A stretch of 64,000 nucleotides of DNA from Trichomonas gallinae (Eukaryota): NCBI GenBank assembly GCA_008369845.1, contig MRSU01001328.1:1-64000 (forward strand), read 5' to 3'. Positions 1-10,874 of this stretch are shown in pieces; the stretch's first letter is position 1, and the number at the start of each line of letters is the position of its first letter. Both the position numbers and the translations under genes were made by a program. The notes beneath the pieces were generated by a model that was not told the origin of the DNA, made no database searches, and worked only from the letters and a program-made list of their open reading frames with translations.

Positions 1-71
1 CGGTCATAGTGTAATGGTTATCATGTAAGATTGTCGTTCTTTTGATCCGGGTTCGATTCCCGGTGACCGAG
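1..71 (+). tRNA. trnD-GTC: tRNA-Asp(GTC); the first base probably lies just outside the window
   Basis: Acceptor CGGTCA (1-6) pairs with TGACCG (64-69). D-arm/A-box TAGTGTAATGG; anticodon loop TT-GTC-GT (31-37); T-arm CCGGG-TTCGATT-CCCGG. Confidence 0.93.
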
Positions 72-72
72 C

Positions 73-78
73 TTTTTT
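73..78 (+). terminator. Pol III oligo-T terminator
   Basis: T6 run directly after the tRNA 3' end. Confidence 0.7.
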
Positions 79-97
79 CTCTTTAAAATTTTGTGCA

Positions 98-116
98 AAA
101 GTGACATAATTCAGTA
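98..116 (+). promoter_or_regulatory. Trichomonad M2-like motif (AAAGTGAC) plus Inr-like TCAGT before the ATG at 117
   Basis: aaagtgacataattcagtaATG resembles known T. vaginalis core promoter words. Confidence 0.5.
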
Positions 117-1061
117 ATGACTTCAACAAATCAGGGCGAATCAATATTTGAGTCAGTGTTTTGCATTATCAAAGAAGACAGAGTATCAGACCTAGAGAAT
201 TTCATGCATCAAGTCAATGATGTTAACTTTAAAATTATTGATCATCCGCCAGGTGAAGATTTTTGCACAAATTGTCCACCAATCATCTCGGTTGCTTGCT
301 ACTATGGCTCTATGCAATGCTTTACTTATCTTATCAATCATGACGCAAATTTAAAAATTCCAGATAATATAGGCCGAATTCCCGTTCACTATGCAGCAGC
401 TGGTGGACATATCGAAATTTGCGATGAACTAGATAACTTTGGAGTAGATTTCCAAGCAACTGATAATTCGAATAATAATTCTTTGCATTATTCATGCCAA
501 TACGGTCATGTCGACTTAGTTCGCAGGTTCTTCCTCAGAGGCTTCGATTTGGACCTCCCAAACATCAATGCAGTCCGTCCAATCCATTTTGCGTGTTTCA
601 GCGGAAATTCTGAATTGCTTTCGTTCATATGCGAACAAAAAGTCGAGATAAACAGTCCCACGTCAACAGGCGACACTCCACTTAAAATAATCATAAATAA
701 TGGAGACGAAGAGATGCTGAAAACACTACTGATGTTCGATGTCGATACTAATGTCAAAGATACATGCGACAAAATGACTCCGTTGATGACTTCAATAAAA
801 GAAGGAAAAATTTTTGTTGCCGAAGCTTTGATAAATTATCAGAACACTGATGTTGCTGCTGAAGATGAGATGGGATGGACTGCCCTTCACTATGCTGCAG
901 AGTCTGGATTCACTGACCTTTGCATTAAAATGATTAAAAGAGGAATTGATGTTAACCATCCTACGGCCAGCCAAATGACAGCACTTCACTTAGCACAGAA
1001 CAGGCAGAGACATGAAACAGCAAAGTATTTGCAGTCAGTTGGTGGACTCACATGGATATGA
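117..1061 (+). CDS. Ankyrin repeat protein
   Basis: Repeated GxTPLHxAA-like units (GRIPVHYAA, GDTPLK, GWTALHYAA, QMTALHLA). Confidence 0.92.
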   Translation: MTSTNQGESIFESVFCIIKEDRVSDLENFMHQVNDVNFKIIDHPPGEDFCTNCPPIISVACYYGSMQCFTYLINHDANLKIPDNIGRIPVHYAAAGGHIEICDELDNFGVDFQATDNSNNNSLHYSCQYGHVDLVRRFFLRGFDLDLPNINAVRPIHFACFSGNSELLSFICEQKVEINSPTSTGDTPLKIIINNGDEEMLKTLLMFDVDTNVKDTCDKMTPLMTSIKEGKIFVAEALINYQNTDVAAEDEMGWTALHYAAESGFTDLCIKMIKRGIDVNHPTASQMTALHLAQNRQRHETAKYLQSVGGLTWI

Positions 1062-1773
1062 AATCTTATTTTTCATTTTGGAAATATTATGAAGTTTAGA
1101 CTCAATATTATGGAATCCAACTAGAAAATCGCAACAATCAATCGCAATATATATCCAAAAACTATATACTTTCAATTATCAAATTTTGTTCAAAGTTTGT
1201 AATGTAATCAGCACTCTAATATCATTATCACAAAATGAGTAAATGACAATTCTTAGATTAAATTACTCATATATCTAATGTTAAATTTATCGAATTATAA
1301 CGTATTCACCTGAGTACTTCATTATAATTGAATTATAAAATGCTATTTGGTATATAATCGTATTGTATATATATATATCGAATTAAATTTAAATGTAGCA
1401 AGAAAATATGATTTCAAATCAAAATATCATTGGATACTGATGAGTATTGGCCAAAATATGAATAGTCTTTTATCAAATCAAACATAATAAAGAATAAATC
1501 AAAACAAAAAAAATAATTTATGCATCATTCATTATATATCCAAATAATGATAATAAATTACTAATGTAAGAATGTTGTTAATGCTTCAATGAACTAAAGA
1601 CATGATATATTTTTATCAAATTTGATTATTAGTTTTTATGAATGATAAAGATGATAATAGATATGTTTAGGGCCTAAGTAAAGAAGTGATATAAGTTTAA
1701 AGGCTTAAAACGTTGTATTTTTTGTGAAAAAAGTGTCAAATCATATAAAAACGATAAAAGATTTTAGATAAAA

Positions 1774-4700
1774 ATGGATGATTCTCACTTTGACTCCATC
1801 GATTTAGAGTCCGTAATATCACTTACTCACATCAAACCACACCCGAGACCTAGTTTATCTGTCGTAAAAGATCCAAAGACAAATAATTTCTTCGTTTTCA
1901 AAGTGTATGACTCGGAATACAGCCAAGAACCACTATTATCTGAAGCAATATCGCGTGCTAAACAGTATAAGTCAATCAAATTTGCGTCGTTGCAAAAAAT
2001 TTATCAAATCGTTTTTTCAGAAACGACAAATTTTACACTTATTATGCCATACAGGTCGCTATTGTCACTTAAAAGACGATTGAAATACAAAAATCTAGTT
2101 GATGATTCGAAAGATTCAAAATTACGGTTTGCATTCAAATTAATTTCGTCTTTATACGCTTTACATCAAAATGATTTTGTGCATGGTAATATATCTACAT
2201 CTAACATTCTATTTTCGTCATTTGATACACCTCTTCTCACTGATTTTTCGCTAAATCTCAAACAAATATCGAAACATAAAGAGTTTGTTGCTCCAGAACT
2301 ACAAAATGAGAATACAATAGCGAATAAATATACAGATATATATTCATTAGGTATAGTTTTCGATAAGTTATTTGGACAGAATTTTCAATATCCTGAGCAA
2401 ATTAATCAAATGATTAAAAATATGACGGCTAATGATCCGAATATTCGTCCTACTGCACAACAACTTGTTGAAACATTCATACAAAACAATTTCTTTGGAA
2501 CTTTCTTTACAAACGAAGATTACTCGAAATTATATAAACCATTGTTAATTACTGACGAAATAAAGTCAATTACTTTTACAAATAATGATGAAAATGCAAA
2601 TAATCAAAATCTCGATATTAAATCAAGACTGAATAACGCGTATCATTATTATACAGACCGCCAAAAACATCACTCATTTGAAAATTGCATGATTTCTTTG
2701 AATAATTGTCAAGATGATCCTTTGGGATCATATAACTTAGGATTGATACTTTCAAGAGGTGTAATTGTGCATTCTGATGTACAAAGATCATATGAATACT
2801 TCAAAAAAGCTGCAGATATGAATATTTCAGAAGCAAACATCCAAATCGCCAAAATGATCATTAGAAATGAACTTTCAGGCTACAAAATAGCGGATGCACA
2901 TCATTTTCTGCAGATTGCAGCACAAAATGGCTCTACGGAAGCAAATTATCAGCTTGGAATTTTAACGCAAAATGGTTATGGCGTAGAACCAAATTCTGAT
3001 AAAGCTGCGAACTATTATAGACTTGCAGCGCAAGGAGGACACAAAGAGGCACAGTTCCAGTACGGAATGATGCTCCAGAAAGGCTACGACATCCAGAAAA
3101 ACATCAAAGAAGCTGCCGAACTTTACAAACAATCAGCAGAAAAAGGCGACAAAAATGCACTAAATCAATACGCACTGATGCTCAAAGAAGGCATTGGTGT
3201 CGACAAGAACATAAAAGAGGCAGCGAAGATGTTCAAAACAGCAGCAGACATGGACAACTTCGAAGCGCAGAATAATTTTGCAATAATGCTACAACTCGGA
3301 CAAGGAGTTCCAAAAAATCTCAGACTCGCGGCGAAATATTTCGAAAAAGCAGCTAAAAACGGAAACCCAGATGCGCAAAGCAACTACGGGTGGTGCTTAA
3401 AAGTTGGAGCTGGTGTTCAAAAAGACATAGAACTTGCAACAAAATATTTTAAATTATCAGCTGACGGAGGGTCAAGTGTTGGACATAATTATTACGGCTT
3501 AAGTCTTTTTTTGGGCCGAGGATGCCAGAAGAGCGAGAAGCAGGCTGCAATGCAGTTCAAAATGAGCGCAGAGCTGAATGATGAGTTTGGCCTGTTGAAT
3601 TTCGGTATGGCTCTGTTTGATGGAATTGGAGTAAAACAGAATTACACAAATGCTGCGATGTTCATCAAGAAAAGTGCCGATAAAGGCAATAATCAGGCTC
3701 AATTCTTTTACGCAAATATGCTTAAGGATGGAATAGGTGTAGAAAGAAATTATCCGGAAGCTGCTAAGTACTACAAACTTGCTGCTGATGCTGGAAACAA
3801 TGACGCGAAGTTCTTCTACGCGACAATTCTCAAGAATGGATTAGGTATGGAAAAGGACGAAGAAGAAGCAGAAAAATACTTTTCCATTAACTTAAATGAA
3901 GATGATGGAACAAGATTCTTCAACTACAACAGTTATTCATCGCACAGCACAAAAACTAATGACTTGAAAGCGAAATATTCGAGCAACAAAGGAAACATAA
4001 AAGTCCAAATTGACATCAACAAACTTTTGAGAAATGTTGACTTAGGTGTTGACGACCAAGAAGCTGCCAAGTTCATTAAAATGTCTGCGGACCAAGGAAA
4101 TGTCAATGCCATGGCTCTATATTCGAAACTCTGCGGAAATGAAGCAGAAGAAATGAAATATCTCAAAATGGCAGCTGACCAAGGCCATGTTGAATCTATT
4201 TTGAAGCTGAGAGTTCTAAAGAACAAACTCAGACCAGAAAAGAAGCAGAAAAGAGCCAATGAGCTGTCAACGTGCAGCTCTGCCTTCTTCAAATTGGACA
4301 TAGAAGACAAAGAAGAAGAAAATGTTTCTCCAAACTTAAACGTCCAGTTTGATTTAGTCATTGACAGAAAACTCGAGAAAGATGAAGAAGAAACAAAAAT
4401 CGAAATGTCACCGGAAGAAGCAAAAGAAGCCATCGATGCATTCAATACTGCAGCTGATGTTGGCATCCCCGAGGCTTTCTTCCAGCTGGGCAGATGCTAC
4501 GATGAAGGAATCGGCGTCGAAGTCGACAAAGAAAAAGCAGTCATGAATTTCAAGAAAAGTGCTGATTTGGGACATGTTGACGGCTGCTACAAATACGCTT
4601 TGGCGTGTTTCAATGGAGATGGAGTTCCTAAGAACAAAGTTGATGCCTTCGACTATTTCAAGAAGGCCGCAGAACAAGGCCACGACTTAGCTAAACTAAG

Positions 4701-7700
4701 ATATGCAGGAATATTGAATGATTTAGGCGGCAAGAATAATATCAATTTAAGTGCTTCATTGTTTAGAGAACTGGCGACAATGGGATATGCAGAAGCCGTG
4801 TATCAGTACGCGTGCATGCTGAGAGATGGCAGAGGAGTTCCTGTTGATTACCAGAGAGCAGCACATTACTTTTTAAGATGCGCGTCTATAAATTATTCTG
4901 ATTCTGGTCTGCAGTACGGTATCTTGATATCGGAGGACCACGACATTCCTTTCTTTATCACAGATGTCTTGAATTATTTCTTGATGGCTTTGAAAGAAAA
5001 GAAATCAACAAACGCGAAATTCATATATGGACTGATGCTAACAACAGGGATTGGCCTGAAAAGGAACTTATCAATGGGCCTTGGAGCATTAAATGTTTCT
5101 CATCACGCAAAATCATTGGATTTAGTCGCTTTATATGAAAAGAAAGATAAAGACAGAAAAATTATTGCGTTGAAGAATTTGGCCGATTGTAATTGTGTAG
5201 AGGCAATGTATTCATACGCGATGAAGATGAAAGAAAGAGACATAAAAGAATACATAAAATACAACAAGAAAGCATCAGATGTACAATTCATTCCTTCGAT
5301 GTTTGAATACGGAAAGTCTTTGTTTAATGGAATTGGTGTCGAAGAAGACATACAGACAGGAATGAACTTGATAACATTCGCCGCTGACAGTGGAATACAT
5401 GAGGCTCAGCTGTTCATCGGCATTGAGAGAGACACAGGCGAAAAGATTGAGCAAGATGTCGAAGAAGCATCTAAGTACTACAGGAACGCAATGAGTGGCG
5501 GAATTGTTGAAGCTATCTACAGACTGGCAATGATGCACTTAACGGGAAGAGATCCGAAGCCGGACGCTAAATACGGAATGAAGTTATTATTGGAAGCAGT
5601 GGAGAAAGGATATGAAGACGCAATGATACAATACGCAATTCAACTACATTCAGGAAACATCATCGAAAAAGATTTGGAAAAATCAAAATCAATATTAACA
5701 GAATTAGCAAACAAACAAAACCAAAAAGCCATAGAACTCCTCAGCCTTCTCTTCCCTCCTCCAAAACAGCCTCAACCAGATGAAAACATCTTAGACAAAT
5801 CAGTTTACATAGATGAAAATCAATCGATTATCAATGAAGAAAATCAATCAATTATCAATGAAAACGAATCAATAATCAAAGAAATAAATGAATCAATGAA
5901 GAAAGAAGAAAATGATGAAGAAAAAATTGATGAAAAGTCAATGGTTAACATTTCACCAGAAGAAGAAATTGATGATAAACCGAATGAAACAATTGATGCT
6001 ATTGCTTCACCAGAAGAAGAAAACGAAGACAATCAAAATGAAGATGAAGTGAAAGCCAGAGATGTAACAATTTGCATTGATAGTTTGCCGATTTCTCCAT
6101 CACCGATGAAGAAGAAGAAAAGGAGACTTGTTAGGAAAGGCTCAGAACCTTCTCCAGCAAGACCAGCACATCTCCCTGCAGTTACATCTCCGATTTCTCT
6201 TAGGAGGCCAAGAAGACTGTCCGATGATTCAGCTGCAACAGTTCCAGCTGTTGATAGAGATAATGACAGCTATGACATGAGGTCATACAACTACACACAA
6301 AGCCCACCAACATCACCGTCAACATACCAAGATGATGATTATCCTGCGGAACTAGTCCCAAGAGCTAGAAACACAAACTTCTTAACACTGACGAACCAAG
6401 ATGTCATTGTCATGAGCAGCCAAATATTCAAATTAAATCCTCTTGAAAGAGAAACGTCAAACTTCACGCAGCCATCTGTTCTTGACTTTTTCGGCAGCCA
6501 AGTCTTCGAAGTCAGAAAGAAGGCGGCAAAAGGCAGTGCAGACGAGCAGCTCAAGCTTGCACTGCTTCTCTTGGGAACAATCGATGAAGAAAAAGACACA
6601 GTGCAAGAGAATTATGATGAAGCGATGCAGAACTTGATGCTTTCTTCTAACAAAGGAAATGCTTTCAGCATCTATCTCTACAATCTTTTCGTCGGGCAGC
6701 TCGACAGAATCAAAGAGAAGCTTCAAGAAGCTGCAGCACACTTCAAGTCTCTAGCAGAAAACGGAGATGCGGCAGCAATGTTTATCTATGGTTTGATGCT
6801 GAGAAACGGTTTTGGCGTCAAACAAAATCTTGAAGGCGCTGTCGAATATTTTAGGCTTGCTGCTAAACTTGGACATGCTGATGCAGCCTACAACTGCGGA
6901 TTGATGATAAGACTCGGATTCGGAGCGAAACAAGATCTGCCGAGAGCAGCTTATTACTATTATATAGCAGCAGTCAAAAAGCATGTTTTCGCTGCCTACA
7001 ATTTGGCAATTTTGCACTCAAACGGCTGGGGAGTGAGCAAAAACGCCGAACTAGCAGCTAAATACTTCATGATTGCTGCAAATGGAGGCGATGCAGCTGC
7101 TCAAGCGAATCTTGGCCTGATGTATAAAAACGGAATCGGCGTCAAAAAAGATATCATCAAGGCAGTGAAATATTTCAGAAGATCAGCGAGGCAAGAAAAT
7201 GCTACAGGTCAAAACAACTACGCCCTTGTTCTTACAGAAGGCTGGGAAGGCCACGAAGCGAATCCAGAAAAGGCAACAATATTCTTCAGATATGCAGCGA
7301 AGCAAGGAAATGTTTCAGCGATGTACAATTTCGCTCTGAGTCTGTTGAATGGCGTCGGCGTCAAAAAGAATCCGAAGAGAGCAGTGAAGGTTCTGGCTTT
7401 AGCTTCACGAGAAGGTGATGAAGACAGCCAATTCAAGGTCGGCTACATATTGTTCAAAGGTGACAGAATAAGAAAAGACCCAATAAGAGGCCTCCAGTAT
7501 CTTGCAATGGCAGCAAAACAAGGAAACTGTCAAGCAATGGTTTTGATTGGCAGAGCTCTGAAAAGTGGTGATTTTGTTGGCCAAAACACAGAATTGGCGC
7601 TAATGTATTTCCATGCTGCTGCTATGAGAGAGGATCCTCTCGGTTTGCTTAATTATGGATTGATGAAGAAGGACGAGGAAGGAATTTCGTGCGTGAAGAA

Positions 7701-7881
7701 AAGCGCCGACATGGGAAACAAAGAAGCACAATGTTTGTTCGCTGTGATGCTCTACAGCGGAAAAGAAATTGAACAAAACGTCAATCTGGCCATGGAATAC
7801 ATCAAGAAGAGCGCAGGCCAAGGATATGAGAATGCTATTCGATTAATGAAAGAATGGAAAGAAAACAAAATGTCTAAATAA
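1774..7881 (+). CDS. Protein (pseudo)kinase with many Sel1-like repeats
   Basis: N-terminal kinase motifs (VHGNISTSNI, LTDFS, APE, DIYSLG, RPT) followed by many ~36-aa AAxxG...AQxNYG..L..G.GV repeats in several blocks, with an acidic/proline-rich linker. Confidence 0.9.
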   Translation: MDDSHFDSIDLESVISLTHIKPHPRPSLSVVKDPKTNNFFVFKVYDSEYSQEPLLSEAISRAKQYKSIKFASLQKIYQIVFSETTNFTLIMPYRSLLSLKRRLKYKNLVDDSKDSKLRFAFKLISSLYALHQNDFVHGNISTSNILFSSFDTPLLTDFSLNLKQISKHKEFVAPELQNENTIANKYTDIYSLGIVFDKLFGQNFQYPEQINQMIKNMTANDPNIRPTAQQLVETFIQNNFFGTFFTNEDYSKLYKPLLITDEIKSITFTNNDENANNQNLDIKSRLNNAYHYYTDRQKHHSFENCMISLNNCQDDPLGSYNLGLILSRGVIVHSDVQRSYEYFKKAADMNISEANIQIAKMIIRNELSGYKIADAHHFLQIAAQNGSTEANYQLGILTQNGYGVEPNSDKAANYYRLAAQGGHKEAQFQYGMMLQKGYDIQKNIKEAAELYKQSAEKGDKNALNQYALMLKEGIGVDKNIKEAAKMFKTAADMDNFEAQNNFAIMLQLGQGVPKNLRLAAKYFEKAAKNGNPDAQSNYGWCLKVGAGVQKDIELATKYFKLSADGGSSVGHNYYGLSLFLGRGCQKSEKQAAMQFKMSAELNDEFGLLNFGMALFDGIGVKQNYTNAAMFIKKSADKGNNQAQFFYANMLKDGIGVERNYPEAAKYYKLAADAGNNDAKFFYATILKNGLGMEKDEEEAEKYFSINLNEDDGTRFFNYNSYSSHSTKTNDLKAKYSSNKGNIKVQIDINKLLRNVDLGVDDQEAAKFIKMSADQGNVNAMALYSKLCGNEAEEMKYLKMAADQGHVESILKLRVLKNKLRPEKKQKRANELSTCSSAFFKLDIEDKEEENVSPNLNVQFDLVIDRKLEKDEEETKIEMSPEEAKEAIDAFNTAADVGIPEAFFQLGRCYDEGIGVEVDKEKAVMNFKKSADLGHVDGCYKYALACFNGDGVPKNKVDAFDYFKKAAEQGHDLAKLRYAGILNDLGGKNNINLSASLFRELATMGYAEAVYQYACMLRDGRGVPVDYQRAAHYFLRCASINYSDSGLQYGILISEDHDIPFFITDVLNYFLMALKEKKSTNAKFIYGLMLTTGIGLKRNLSMGLGALNVSHHAKSLDLVALYEKKDKDRKIIALKNLADCNCVEAMYSYAMKMKERDIKEYIKYNKKASDVQFIPSMFEYGKSLFNGIGVEEDIQTGMNLITFAADSGIHEAQLFIGIERDTGEKIEQDVEEASKYYRNAMSGGIVEAIYRLAMMHLTGRDPKPDAKYGMKLLLEAVEKGYEDAMIQYAIQLHSGNIIEKDLEKSKSILTELANKQNQKAIELLSLLFPPPKQPQPDENILDKSVYIDENQSIINEENQSIINENESIIKEINESMKKEENDEEKIDEKSMVNISPEEEIDDKPNETIDAIASPEEENEDNQNEDEVKARDVTICIDSLPISPSPMKKKKRRLVRKGSEPSPARPAHLPAVTSPISLRRPRRLSDDSAATVPAVDRDNDSYDMRSYNYTQSPPTSPSTYQDDDYPAELVPRARNTNFLTLTNQDVIVMSSQIFKLNPLERETSNFTQPSVLDFFGSQVFEVRKKAAKGSADEQLKLALLLLGTIDEEKDTVQENYDEAMQNLMLSSNKGNAFSIYLYNLFVGQLDRIKEKLQEAAAHFKSLAENGDAAAMFIYGLMLRNGFGVKQNLEGAVEYFRLAAKLGHADAAYNCGLMIRLGFGAKQDLPRAAYYYYIAAVKKHVFAAYNLAILHSNGWGVSKNAELAAKYFMIAANGGDAAAQANLGLMYKNGIGVKKDIIKAVKYFRRSARQENATGQNNYALVLTEGWEGHEANPEKATIFFRYAAKQGNVSAMYNFALSLLNGVGVKKNPKRAVKVLALASREGDEDSQFKVGYILFKGDRIRKDPIRGLQYLAMAAKQGNCQAMVLIGRALKSGDFVGQNTELALMYFHAAAMREDPLGLLNYGLMKKDEEGISCVKKSADMGNKEAQCLFAVMLYSGKEIEQNVNLAMEYIKKSAGQGYENAIRLMKEWKENKMSK
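5815..5895 (+). repeat. Short coding tandem repeat (ENQSIINE, about 3-4 copies)
   Basis: 21-24 bp units gaaaatcaatcnattatcaat. Confidence 0.7.
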
Positions 7882-7943
7882 AACTGTTCATGTTATTTTT
7901 ATTCTCAAATCAACAATGATCTTTAAATATGTAGTAAATTTAG

Positions 7944-9001
7944 TTAGAGGATAATAATGATATAAGGCATTACAATCATTATTGAATCAAATAGATAATC
8001 ATGATAAACAGATTTCTCTCTTTTGTAAGTTAAATCTGGAAGTTTCAGTTTTGCTTCGCATTTAAATGTCGAAAGGTGAGAAAGAGTATTAAAAACACTT
8101 GTGAATATTATGTTGAAAGTGCTGAATGTTCCTCCAGGTGTCGCTAATCCGAGGCTATCAACGCGACAATTGATTATGAAAAAGCTAATTTTGTTTGCCC
8201 ATTCAAAAGAGAATGGTTTTCCATTCCCATATGAACCAAGAATGGTGCAATTTTCAGCTGTTACTTCATCATAGGAATGGATTATTCCAAACTCATACGA
8301 TTTTTGTGAATTATTGACTATGTTGCATTTATAGTCTTTATAACTACCTTTTGGACTTTGAGTGTGATATAGACAAATCCATCCTGATGCATAGTTATCT
8401 TTAAAAGTGGTAAAATTAACCATACATTCTCCATTTGCATTGCTAACAGAAAAACCTGAAAAAGATTTAACAGAATTTTTAGATATATTTGAATTAAAAA
8501 TGCCACATTGGCCATAATTCAAAGATATTAAATAGTCAGAGCTTTGTTTATCACAATTAGAAATTGAGCAATCAATTAGAACATTCTTATAATCTTCGCT
8601 ATTTTTAATGCAATTTGTATTGGAATGAAAGCCTGTATTTGAAATAGTATTTGTTGTGCAAAATCGATGCTGTACAATGGAACTAGCGCAACTAAAGTAT
8701 ATAGCACCACCACTACCTGATTTTGAACATCTATCAAAAAAGCATGATGAGTGCAGCATATTGATGCCATTTGCAGAAACATTCATCGATCCAGATGTGA
8801 GGTCGTAAAATATCCCCTCAAAGACGTAGATTTCGTTTTGATTTGCATAAACAGAGCAATTTTTGCAGTTTGTGTAGTCATTTCCATCATATTTGTCATC
8901 ATAGAACTGTTTCCATACACTTATTGGTGCCTGTTCTAAATGTTTTCTTTGCTGAAATCCAACAATCTTTGCTCAATCAGACAAAATAGAGATTTGATCA
9001 T
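7944..9001 (-). pseudogene. GGAIYF beta-helix-like surface/secreted family gene with a 5' frameshift (main ORF 7944-8972)
   Basis: Clear paralog of 54393-55454 (CFFDxC..GGAIxF.C..SIVQHRFCTTNT). The frame stays open about 62 codons above the ATG at 8786 up to TGA at 8975-8973, and the natural ATG at 9001 is out of frame. Confidence 0.6.
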
Positions 9002-9214
9002 TCACATATTTCTTATGGGCTTTGAACCGCAGAGAAATTCATTTCAAAGGCTAGAAAATTCATTTATCAAATATCAAAAAACTGAATTTCTGATTTAGAA
9101 TATATATCATATGTAGGTTGATGTTGCCTTGTTCATGTCGATCTCCTGAGTCATTAAAAATTGCTACTTCTCGATGATAAATTATCGAAAATAAAAAAAC
9201 AAACAAATTTTATT

Positions 9215-10285
9215 TTAATAAGACTTAAGTTCAAGTATGGACTGCCCTGACTCTTGGTATTCGGCCTTAGTAATTGATATATCCTTGAATGTATCAACAC
9301 AGGATAAAATCGAGCCGCCAACCCAGCTGGCGAACTTCCGGTTAGGCGGTGCATTAACATTAACCTTGATCTGCGTTGGATTGTGTATGAGGATACCTTT
9401 TTCGACCCTGTCGGTAAATCCTGTGACGCATGTTGTCCCTCCTGATAGAAGAACATTATCAGCGAGAACGTCAACGATGTCTTCATCCGTTTTTCGAATG
9501 ACATCGATGATAGATTTCGGAATTCCTTGCGACTGTGAGCCAAACAAATTTGGTTCAAACAAAACTTCTGTGCATTGATATCTCGGTCTTCCGATGCACA
9601 ACTGTATGCCATCATGAGTCAAGAAAATCTTCTCTTCATCGTCTGAAGGCGAAGGATCACCGCGAACAAATCCGATTTGCTCTTTTACTTCGCGAAGGAT
9701 CTCTTTCTCTGTTTGTCCTGGCAACACTGTGCCTTGCTGGTTAAGTAACTTCTTGAGATATTCGCTCACATGCTTTCCGCCGACATCTACTCGAGAAATT
9801 AGATGTGTAAGTGTAAAGCACTCGAAAACAGGAATAATGTCTGTGCTCCACTCTCCACAGTCGACAACGACGCCTGAAGTGTACCCAGAATTGTAGAGAG
9901 CAAGAGAAGATGCATAAGCGGGGCAAAATGAAGGGACATTATACTCTTCCATGAATATCTCGAGAATCTGCTGCCTGTTTTCGATCGGATTCAGCGGTGA
10001 ATCAACTACTAAAAAAGGATGATGCTCTGGTTGAATTTTTAATTGCTGTGTAAAGAGTTCTGCCCATATTTTCCTCATATTTTCGAAGTTAACAACTGTT
10101 CTGTTTTCGATTGGCGATCTGAATGTTGGCCCAAATTTAGAAAAATACCTTTTATCATCGAATTCTCCGTCTTTCCTTAATCTAGGGCCCGTTGATGGAA
10201 AAACAATGCCAGGCTCTGAATCTCCACCAAAGCCAGCTTTGATTAAAGATCCACCACAATCTAAAACAACAGGAACGGAATCCAT
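9215..10285 (-). CDS. Actin-related protein (divergent)
   Basis: VVLDCGGSLIKAGFGGD, SGVVVDCGE, NVLLSGGT, ASWVGGSIL, ITKAEYQESG. Confidence 0.92.
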   Translation of the reverse strand: MDSVPVVLDCGGSLIKAGFGGDSEPGIVFPSTGPRLRKDGEFDDKRYFSKFGPTFRSPIENRTVVNFENMRKIWAELFTQQLKIQPEHHPFLVVDSPLNPIENRQQILEIFMEEYNVPSFCPAYASSLALYNSGYTSGVVVDCGEWSTDIIPVFECFTLTHLISRVDVGGKHVSEYLKKLLNQQGTVLPGQTEKEILREVKEQIGFVRGDPSPSDDEEKIFLTHDGIQLCIGRPRYQCTEVLFEPNLFGSQSQGIPKSIIDVIRKTDEDIVDVLADNVLLSGGTTCVTGFTDRVEKGILIHNPTQIKVNVNAPPNRKFASWVGGSILSCVDTFKDISITKAEYQESGQSILELKSY

Positions 10286-10293
10286 ATTTAAAT

Positions 10294-10433
10294 GACCCTA
10301 AAAATATATTTTAGACCCTATAATGTAAAAGATTCCCTATTTTATAATGTTAAGCCCTATTATTTAAATGACCCCATTTTTTGATTACAGACCCTATTAT
10401 ATCCAACCCTCTATTTTTTTATTTCACACCCAA
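10294..10433. promoter_or_regulatory. Phased (GA)CCCTA motif array upstream of the actin-related gene
   Basis: CCC cores at 10296, 10316, 10335, 10355, 10372, 10392, 10407 and 10429. Confidence 0.55.
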
Positions 10434-10448
10434 TTATAAAAAAGAGAG

Positions 10449-10541
10449 TTTCACAAGTCGAGTCTGACTCTATAATTGATAACTCTCAATGAGTACTATT
10501 AGAGTCTGAGTAACTTTTTGTTTCAGACTCGACTTTTGAAA
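10449..10541. repeat. 19-bp inverted repeat (MITE-like or hairpin)
   Basis: TTTCACAAGTCGAGTCTGA (10449-10467) versus TCAGACTCGACTTTTGAAA (10523-10541), 18/19 complementary. Confidence 0.7.
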
Positions 10542-10874
10542 TTGAGTTTCTAGTAAACTTATTTTCAAAATCGAATCTAAAAGAATGGATACTTAAAGTA
10601 CCAAAAAAAATAGGCTTGCTTTTAGCACTTATTCGTTTTAGATATTATTTGAATGAAATACATTAATATAGATTAGCATTTGTTCAATTATAATTGATTT
10701 TAATAATTTATTCAGTTTTATTGCCTAAAACTACTAAATTATTCATCAAAATGGCTATTTACATTGTAGTGGCAATATTATATACAGTAATTTTAAATAT
10801 TTAATCGAGATTAAAAAATATTTTGGAAATTTTTTGATTTTTTTATAAACAACAAACATAAACAGCGAGTTCTT

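Noticed and set aside
10294..10433. Telomeric repeat or CRISPR interpretation of the CCCTA array
   Set aside because: The words are only 5-7 bp, degenerate and not contiguous; there are no 23-47 bp repeats and no cas genes.
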